Positions 57,572 through 64,000 of a stretch of DNA of 64,000 nucleotides are shown one piece after another. The notes beneath the pieces were generated by a model. The model saw only the letters and a list, made by a program, of their open reading frames with translations, did not search any database and was not told the origin of the DNA. A program made the position numbers and the translations under genes. The DNA comes from Eggerthellaceae bacterium (GTDB lineage Bacteria; Actinomycetota; Coriobacteriia; Coriobacteriales; Eggerthellaceae), in the NCBI GenBank assembly GCA_017434045.1, contig JAFRGA010000081.1, forward strand, positions 1,813 through 65,812, in the 5' to 3' direction. Position 1 is the stretch's first letter, and every line of letters begins with the position of its first letter.

Positions 57572-60169
57572 ATGAAAAAAGTAGCCATAATCATCGCCAA
57601 CGTGGTCATCATTGCCGCCATTTTGATCTTCGTCTTCCTCTACACCAGATACGAGAGCGGGGAGTCTTACAAGAGGCAGGTGGAGCACTTCGAGAACACC
57701 ACGACCTCCTTGGAGCAGGTGACGGAGAATTACCTGGAAGGCGAGCAGAGGATTTGCGACGTCTGGGCTCGCTATATCAACAACGAGGCCATGACCATGG
57801 AAGAGGCCGTCGATTACATCCGCGCCTCGCATGTGCTCGAGAATACGTCGGCGCACCTGGTTTCCCTCGACACGCTCACGGGGCTCTCCACGCGCCCACA
57901 GCAGGGCACGACCGACGACTACGCCGTTTCCTATGAGCGGATGGGCCTTCTGGAGGACGTGGATTGGATCGACGACATCGGGAAGTCGATCAACATCTCC
58001 CGTGCTTTCACCAACCCGATGAACGGCGAGCAGTCGCTGGCTTTCTGCAACAAGGTCACGCTGAAAGACCCGGAAAGCGGAAAGCCCGAAGAGGCGGTCC
58101 TTCTGCGGATAATCCCCATCTCGGAGCTTGAGCAGAAATGGATTTTCCCGCAGGAGACCTTTGCGGACGCCGAGCTCTCCATGATCGACGCCAACGGCGA
58201 CTACATCCTCAAGGGACGCAGCTTCAAGAACTCCAGCTTCTTCGAGTTCTACAACTCTTACAATCCGTCGGATCCCGCGTCGTCGAAGGAGCTGTTCGAC
58301 AGGATTACCTCGTCGACAGGTTCCGTCACGATGTCCGACTCGCAAGGGCAGGAGTGCGTACTCGCTTATACTCCCGTTGCCGCCACTGCCGGGTGGACGT
58401 TGCTGGGCTTCGTGCCGGCGAAGGACCTTCATGTGGATGCCGAAAACTGGCTGCTGGTCGGCGTCGTTTCCGCCGGCTTGCTCATACTGTTCCTCTGCGA
58501 TTTGTTCTACATGCTCTACTTGAACAAGCGCTTCCAGCTCGCAGCCAAGGAAGCGGAATCCGCGAACAAGGCGAAGACCGACTTCCTCTCCACCATGTCC
58601 CACGACATCCGCACGCCGATGAACGCCATCATCGGCCTCACGACGATCGCCGAGAAGAACCTCGGGGACGTGGAGTCGACGAGGGAAAGCCTGCGGAAAA
58701 TCGGCCTTGCCAGCAACCACCTGCTGACGCTAATCAACGACATCCTCGATATATCCAAGGTGGAAAGCGGGAAACTCAAGCTGAGCCCCGTGACGTTCTC
58801 CATCGTGGAGACGGTCGAGAACCTCGTCAACATCTCCCAGCCGATGATCAAGGAAAAGAACATCGAGTTCAGCTTCCATATCAACCCGATAGAGAAGGAA
58901 TACCTGTACACGGACCAGCTGCGTCTGAACCAGGTTTACATCAACATCCTCTCCAACGCCATCAAGTACACGGAGCCCGGCGGGCGCGTCAGCGTGGACA
59001 TGCGCGAGGAAGCAAGCGCCGAACCCGGCTGCGTGCAGATGACGTATGTCGTATCCGACACGGGCATCGGCATGACCCCGGAATTCATGGCGAACATGTA
59101 CCAACCCTTCTCGCGTCAGATAGACAGCCGCGTCAACAGCATTCAGGGAACGGGCCTTGGTCTGGCCATCACGAAGCAGATGGTCGACCTGATGGGCGGA
59201 ACGATCGACTGCCAAAGCGAGCAAGGCAAGGGAACGACCTTCACCGTCGTGCTGGACATCCCCGTGGCCGACAGGCAGCGCGACGATATGGAGCTCGAGC
59301 CCATCGACGTCCTGATCGTCGACGACGACGAGACCATGCTCGAGACGGCGACCGATTCCCTTGAGTCCCTTGGCGCCACGGTGGAGCAGGCGCGAAGCGG
59401 GCTGGAAGCCCTTGGCATGATCGAGCACAGGCATCTTGCCGGGCGTGATTACGGCGTTGTCATCGTCGACTGGAGAATGCCCGACGTCGATGGCATCGAG
59501 ACCATCAACCGGATCCGCTCGGATGTGGGCACGGAGATCCCGATCCTGCTCATTTCCGCATACGACTGGGCGGACATCGAGGACAAGGCGAAAGAGGCGG
59601 GCGCGAACGGTTTCGTCAGCAAGCCGCTGTTCCGCTCCACGCTCTACGACAAGATCAACGACCTGATCGGCAAGGAGTCCAGCTCCCAGGAGCCGGAGGA
59701 CGATTACTCCGACCTGCAGGGGATGCGCATCCTCATTGCCGAGGACAACGACATCAACTGGGAGATCATTTCCGCCATGCTCGCCATGTTCGGGGTCGAC
59801 ACCGACCGTGCGGAAAACGGGCGGATTTGCGTGGACATGATGCGCGAGGCCGAAGAAGGCAGCTACCAGCTGATCTTCATGGACGTGCAGATGCCGGAGA
59901 TGAACGGCCTCGATGCAACGAGGGCGATTCGGAGCATGGAGGATCCCTGGGCGTCCTCTATCCCGATTGTCGCGATGACGGCAGACGCGTTCTCCGAGAA
60001 CGTCACGGAATGCCTGAACGCGGGTATGAACGGGCATATTGCAAAGCCCGTTGATATGAAGTTGGTCATCAAGGAAATCCGGAGAACAACGGAAGAAAGG
60101 GGCGGTCATGAAAAGGATGCTGATCGTGCTCTTAGCAGCGCTGACGGTTCTGGCTCTGACGGCATGTAG
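57572..60169 (+). CDS. hybrid sensor histidine kinase / response regulator with extracytoplasmic Cache-like sensor and two receiver domains
   Basis: It has TM1 (VAIIIANVVIIAAILIFVFLY), a periplasmic domain of about 270 aa and TM2. It also has the H-box SHDIRTPMNAIIGL, an HATPase region (GTGLGLAITK) and two REC domains. Confidence 0.9.
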   Translation: MKKVAIIIANVVIIAAILIFVFLYTRYESGESYKRQVEHFENTTTSLEQVTENYLEGEQRICDVWARYINNEAMTMEEAVDYIRASHVLENTSAHLVSLDTLTGLSTRPQQGTTDDYAVSYERMGLLEDVDWIDDIGKSINISRAFTNPMNGEQSLAFCNKVTLKDPESGKPEEAVLLRIIPISELEQKWIFPQETFADAELSMIDANGDYILKGRSFKNSSFFEFYNSYNPSDPASSKELFDRITSSTGSVTMSDSQGQECVLAYTPVAATAGWTLLGFVPAKDLHVDAENWLLVGVVSAGLLILFLCDLFYMLYLNKRFQLAAKEAESANKAKTDFLSTMSHDIRTPMNAIIGLTTIAEKNLGDVESTRESLRKIGLASNHLLTLINDILDISKVESGKLKLSPVTFSIVETVENLVNISQPMIKEKNIEFSFHINPIEKEYLYTDQLRLNQVYINILSNAIKYTEPGGRVSVDMREEASAEPGCVQMTYVVSDTGIGMTPEFMANMYQPFSRQIDSRVNSIQGTGLGLAITKQMVDLMGGTIDCQSEQGKGTTFTVVLDIPVADRQRDDMELEPIDVLIVDDDETMLETATDSLESLGATVEQARSGLEALGMIEHRHLAGRDYGVVIVDWRMPDVDGIETINRIRSDVGTEIPILLISAYDWADIEDKAKEAGANGFVSKPLFRSTLYDKINDLIGKESSSQEPEDDYSDLQGMRILIAEDNDINWEIISAMLAMFGVDTDRAENGRICVDMMREAEEGSYQLIFMDVQMPEMNGLDATRAIRSMEDPWASSIPIVAMTADAFSENVTECLNAGMNGHIAKPVDMKLVIKEIRRTTEERGGHEKDADRALSSADGSGSDGM

Positions 60170-61406
60170 CTCGCAGAAGCAGGAGTCAGCGGCACCTGAG
60201 AAAGGCTTCCAGCCGGCTCTGGACACTAACACCACGTGCCATATCAGCGTTGCCGGCGGCTACGATAACTTCGAGGCGTTGGAAGCTGAGTTCAACCGTT
60301 TCAACGAAACCTATCCCAACGTGGAGCTGGTGTTCACGAAGGTCGATGACTACAACAACATGATCGGCACGGTCCTCAACGGAAACGATGCCCCCGACAT
60401 CTACGTCAACTACTCCTGGATGTATGGCCGGGACCAGTACAAGTCCTCCATCGATCATGCCGAGAACCTGGCCGATTCCGCGCTGGGTCTTGACCTGGAC
60501 TGCATCCGCAGCAACATCATCCTGAAAACGGATGACGGCACGCTTCCGATGGTCCCGGTGTTCGCGAACACCTACGGCATGCTCGTGAACAAAGACCTCT
60601 TCGAAAAAGAAGGCCTGAAAGTTCCCACGACCTACAAGGAACTGGTCGAGGTTTGCAAGGCGTTTCGCGAGAAGGGCTATAAGAGCCCGCTGATGGGCTT
60701 CACGAAAGAGGAGACGACGTCGCTGTTCAGCTTGACGATGTACCCGTTCTTCTGCGATACCGTGGCAAGCGATGCAGAGGCCGTCAAGAAGCTCAACTCC
60801 CTCGATGCCTCGGCCGGCGAGTACATGCGGCCCTCGCTTGAAAAGCTCACGCAGTTCCTGAACGACGGCTGCGTTGACTTGAGCGCCTGTGCGGATATCG
60901 AAAACAACTACGATGCCGTGATCATGCGCTTCTTCGAAGGCGACGTGCCCATGATGGCCTGCTCGGGAGATACCGTCTCGGGAACGAAGAAGCGCGAGAG
61001 CCGCTCCGAGGCGTTCATCGCCAATCCCTTCGCCTACACGTTTGTCCCCGTTCCCATCACGGATGATGGCGCGTACTTCCTCGACATGCCGAATCTGCAG
61101 TTCTCCGTCAACAAGGAAAGCAAGAATCTGGACATGGCCAACGAGTTCATGCGTTTCCTGGTCACGTCGGGCGAGCTGAACGAGATGGCGCAGAACAAGG
61201 GGCTTATGTCGCCGACCAAGGATCTGTCTTTCAACAGCGTGTATGCCGCATTCGGGGACGTTCCGGAATCCCGGATCCTGTCGCCGGAAGTCATCGGCTT
61301 GACGGACGATGCGGTCTTGCAGTTCAGGCAGGCGGACTTTGGGGTTGGAACCGGCGCGATGACCATCGACGAGGCTATTGCCAAGTACGGCTCTTATACC
61401 AAGTAA
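60108..61406 (+). CDS. ABC-type extracellular solute-binding lipoprotein (family 1, sugar-type)
   Basis: It has a signal plus lipobox (LLAALTVLALTACSS). The ATG at 60108 follows GAAAGGGG. The start overlaps the last 62 nt of the kinase gene. No permease or ATPase genes follow. Confidence 0.85.
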   Translation: MKRMLIVLLAALTVLALTACSSQKQESAAPEKGFQPALDTNTTCHISVAGGYDNFEALEAEFNRFNETYPNVELVFTKVDDYNNMIGTVLNGNDAPDIYVNYSWMYGRDQYKSSIDHAENLADSALGLDLDCIRSNIILKTDDGTLPMVPVFANTYGMLVNKDLFEKEGLKVPTTYKELVEVCKAFREKGYKSPLMGFTKEETTSLFSLTMYPFFCDTVASDAEAVKKLNSLDASAGEYMRPSLEKLTQFLNDGCVDLSACADIENNYDAVIMRFFEGDVPMMACSGDTVSGTKKRESRSEAFIANPFAYTFVPVPITDDGAYFLDMPNLQFSVNKESKNLDMANEFMRFLVTSGELNEMAQNKGLMSPTKDLSFNSVYAAFGDVPESRILSPEVIGLTDDAVLQFRQADFGVGTGAMTIDEAIAKYGSYTK

Positions 61407-61437
61407 CCGCCCTGAATCGCCACTAGTACCAAAGGAA

Positions 61438-61464
61438 GGGACAAAGGGGTCACCCCTTTGTCCC
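61438..61464. terminator. bidirectional terminator hairpin GGGACAAAGGGG-TCA-CCCCTTTGTCCC
   Basis: A perfect 12-bp stem lies between convergent stop codons (61406 and 61500), with a T-rich tail on the plus strand. Confidence 0.65.
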
Positions 61465-61499
61465 TTCTTCTATTCTTGCTTGTAATGTCATTGACAGAG

Positions 61500-61805
61500 T
61501 TACCAGCCGTTGTCCACCATTTTCTCCAGTATTTTCTTTGCTTCGTATTCTCTTCGCAAGTCAAACACGTATGACGTATACACTAACCTGTCTTCTACTC
61601 CAATCTCCCTTGCATATTTTTGGGCGCCTTCCAGATCGTCGTAATCAAACGTGCCCAGGACATCGCCGGTTTCATCGTCGATGACTTCAAATTTGTAGGT
61701 GCCATGATACAGGTGGACGACGCCGCCGCTGACGCTGCTCAGCTCTTCGTCGCTTAACGGTGTTATATTCGGATCTTCCTGTCCTTTATTCACGTGAATT
61801 GCCAT
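61500..61805 (-). CDS. 101-aa protein with N-terminal double-glycine leader-like peptide (LSDEELSSVSGG)
   Basis: The protein reads MAIHVNKGQEDPNITPLSDEELSSVSGG|VVHLYHGTYKFEV.... AAGGGGG RBS. The leader motif closely matches that of the precursor at 46587-46781. Confidence 0.65.
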   Translation of the reverse strand: MAIHVNKGQEDPNITPLSDEELSSVSGGVVHLYHGTYKFEVIDDETGDVLGTFDYDDLEGAQKYAREIGVEDRLVYTSYVFDLRREYEAKKILEKMVDNGW

Positions 61806-62065
61806 CTTTGCGCGCCCCCTTTTTTGGCTGCGTCATTCCCCCTCATGCCATTTCGCGCGTCTAGTTGAATGCTATGAAACATATTACCCTTTGAACGTAT
61901 ACAGCCTTTCTCTAAGTAAAACTCTATACGATAGACCGTTAATGCACCTCGAAATCGCCGCCCCTCGTTGATCGTTTTCATGAACAGCTCGTCTGACGCG
62001 CTCTGCTACTGGTCGACGGTCGATGGTGGGGATTTGGCCGATGCGTCTGGGCGGGCACGGGTTTA

Positions 62066-62545
62066 TCAGCTTGAGGGGGCTGAGAGCTCGCGCAGGTGGC
62101 CGAGGTGGATGCCGATGTGGCCGACGCCCAGGACTGCGGAGGCGACGAGCGTGATCGGCGACTGGCACCAGATGCCGAGCAGGGCGAAGGCGGCTACGGG
62201 CAGGGACGCCAGCGGTATGGGGATGGGGCCGAGGGGCGCGTACATGTCGATGAGCCTTCCCCCGCCCTTGAAGTAGCGCGCCCAGGCGGCCTCGTACAGG
62301 AGCATGAGGGCGAAGGCCGCGACCAACCACAGCAGCCACGGCATCGAGAAGCCCCGCGGGCACACGAAGATGACGGCCGCGCACGTGGTGGCGACTTGGC
62401 CTGCGCGCTCGAGCGCGAGCAGGACGCGGTTCTCGTTTCTCGAGACCTCCGCGTAGCCTTCGGGCTGGTGCCTTCCCCAGGCGATGTTCGGGATGAACAG
62501 CATCGCCAGGAGGATGACGCCGGGTATCGAGAATCCGAATTGCAT
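62066..62545 (-). CDS. hypothetical integral membrane protein (~5 TM, 159 aa)
   Basis: The start is at ATG 62545 (MQFGFSIPGVILLAMLF) after AGGTGA. The protein is hydrophobic throughout. The gene is upstream of, and co-oriented with, the GG-leader protein gene. Confidence 0.6.
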   Translation of the reverse strand: MQFGFSIPGVILLAMLFIPNIAWGRHQPEGYAEVSRNENRVLLALERAGQVATTCAAVIFVCPRGFSMPWLLWLVAAFALMLLYEAAWARYFKGGGRLIDMYAPLGPIPIPLASLPVAAFALLGIWCQSPITLVASAVLGVGHIGIHLGHLRELSAPSS

Positions 62546-62892
62546 GGTTGCGGTCACCTGAGTCTTTGTTGTGGGCGGTAGTTTGTCGTGAAGCATTGTA
62601 AGGCAAGGGGTTTCGAGGGCAAGCAAAAGCAATGAGATCGATGGTCTGATTAACTTGCATACCACACGGCATAAAGCGCAAGATAGATTGATAGAGCAAC
62701 TAAACTCTGTTTCCGTTCGTTAATCATGACAAACAGGAACATATTGAACTTCAGTTAGTTGACCATGCGATTTTCACTGATGATGAACGGTTTATGGGAC
62801 ACGCATTGCGATTTCTGTATGCGACACTATACGCAATCGGTTCTAATTGGCACGGGGATAGACGGAGCAAGTAGGTTGTAGGAGAGGGTCCT

Positions 62893-63228
62893 ATGCGTTT
62901 TGAAGATGCGGAAAACAAGGTGATTGCATTTCGCGATGATCGCGATTGGCTCCAGTTTCACAACCCAAAAGATCTGGCAATCTCGATAAGCTTGGAAGCA
63001 GCAGAGCTGCTTGAAGTGTTTCAGTGGTCTGGAACTGATCTATCTGCCTGCGACAAGAAAGACCGGATGGTTGAAGAGCTAGCCGACGTTTTGATTTACT
63101 GCGTACTTCTTGCTGATCGATTGGGAGTTGACGTTCCGCAAATCATTAGCGACAAAGTTGATACGAATGCTGAAAAATACCCTGTCGAAAAAGCGAAGGG
63201 TAATTCGCAGAAATACTCCGCCTTGTAG
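62893..63228 (+). CDS. MazG-like nucleotide pyrophosphohydrolase
   Basis: It has FRDDRDWLQFHNPKDLAISISLEAAELLEVFQW and EELADVLIYCVLLADRLG, the EExxE/D metal motifs of the all-alpha NTP-PPase fold. Confidence 0.85.
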   Translation: MRFEDAENKVIAFRDDRDWLQFHNPKDLAISISLEAAELLEVFQWSGTDLSACDKKDRMVEELADVLIYCVLLADRLGVDVPQIISDKVDTNAEKYPVEKAKGNSQKYSAL

Positions 63229-63342
63229 TCTTCGCAAACAAAAACTGCAGGCGCAAGAAGCGTAGATGCGCAAATCATCGACAATCTTGTAAAGTGATTT
63301 GGTGAGGTAGTTAGCTCTGCATTACGTTGAAAGGCCAGAATC

Positions 63343-64000
63343 ATGCTCGTGTACGATGGCTTGAAAGAGGATTTTTTAACGGATGTCGTAAACGACGAAA
63401 TCGCCCAAAAGATTTACAACAGTGTGCTTGAAAAACTTGGGCGCCATACCGGACGAGCCGAATTCGAATCTTGGAATAATTCGATGCAGTACATGTACAA
63501 GGTGCTCATCGACCAAGACATTCCTTCTGATTGTGGTATTGCGATTGAATATAACTTACCCCAAACATCAAAGCGAATCGATTTCATAGTCTCGGGTTAT
63601 GACGAGAAGGGGAATGGTCACGCGAATATTATCGAGCTCAAGCAATGGCAAGAGCTGGATGCGATTCTTCAAAGCGATGGGCTGGTCCGAACGTTTACTG
63701 GCGGGGCAATGCGAACTGTCAGTCACCCCTCGTATCAAGCTTGGTCGTATGCTCAGGTTTTATACGATTACAGCGAGATATTGCAGAACGATTCGATAAA
63801 GCTGCATCCATGCGCTTACCTGCATAATTATGTGAGAAAGGGAGACGATGACCCTCTGTTTAACTCGCATTACCGTCAATACCTCGATGCTGCACCAGCT
63901 TTTATAGCGGGCGATGTTCCAAAGCTTCGCAGTTTTATCAAAGCGGACATAGTTGCTGGCGACAAGACGGAAGTGGTTCATGCCATCGATTCAGGAAAGA
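63343..64000 (+). CDS. DUF2075-type ATPase/helicase-like protein, 3'-truncated by the window edge
   Basis: It is not in the ORF track because no stop occurs inside the window. Manual translation gives MLVYDGLKEDFLTDVVNDEIAQKIYNSVLEKLGRHTGRAEFESWNNSMQYMYKVLIDQDIPSDCGIAIEYNLPQTSKRIDFIVSGYD...IIELKQW..., the characteristic N-terminus of this family. Confidence 0.75.
   Translation, partial: MLVYDGLKEDFLTDVVNDEIAQKIYNSVLEKLGRHTGRAEFESWNNSMQYMYKVLIDQDIPSDCGIAIEYNLPQTSKRIDFIVSGYDEKGNGHANIIELKQWQELDAILQSDGLVRTFTGGAMRTVSHPSYQAWSYAQVLYDYSEILQNDSIKLHPCAYLHNYVRKGDDDPLFNSHYRQYLDAAPAFIAGDVPKLRSFIKADIVAGDKTEVVHAIDSGK

Overview
The window is a GC-rich chromosomal segment. Its gene content suggests a Coriobacteriia/Eggerthellaceae-like actinobacterium: a Tat-exported bis-MGD oxidoreductase operon, several hybrid sensor kinases, and lipoproteins with Ser/Ala-rich linkers. 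This taxonomic call is an inference, not a database result. About 55 protein genes can be supported.

Gene order:
- A truncated aldo/keto reductase-ferredoxin fusion.
- A four-gene molybdoenzyme operon (catalytic, FeS, TorD-like chaperone, DmsC-like anchor).
- An acetyltransferase.
- An Rrf2-sufCBDSU Fe-S assembly operon, divergent from metY-cysK-MOSC.
- A Tat-lipoprotein flavodoxin with a TetR regulator.
- An IS110-family insertion.
- Two LysR regulators.
- An accessory stretch punctuated by four copies of a ~144-bp MITE-like element. It holds an unknown protein, an AhpD-like protein, a Cys-rich MarR-like regulator, a Phd/ParE-type toxin-antitoxin pair and modD-modABC.
- PAP2 phosphatase, pgi, an M13 peptidase, a radical SAM protein, an AlkA-like glycosylase and an AI-2E transporter.
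- The RiPP locus (38.4-46.8 kb).
- A hydrolase, a second AKR-ferredoxin fusion and an MFS pump.
- Three hybrid histidine kinases, one overlapping a solute-binding protein.
- A lower-GC tail with MazG-like and DUF2075-type genes.

The most interesting region is the RiPP locus at 38.4-46.8 kb. It combines a Nif11-type leader peptide, a radical SAM/SPASM maturase and an NHLM-type C39-peptidase export trio. It also carries an uncharacterised 339-aa protein with a five-fold beta-hairpin periodicity and an idi gene co-oriented with the precursor. That combination suggests an undescribed thioether and possibly prenylated peptide.

Two further proteins elsewhere in the window carry the same LS-D/E-EL-x-x-V/I-SGG leader-type motif.

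No rRNA, tRNA or CRISPR array was seen. Many long ORFs in the supplied track are antisense shadows of real genes in GC-rich DNA and are not reported.
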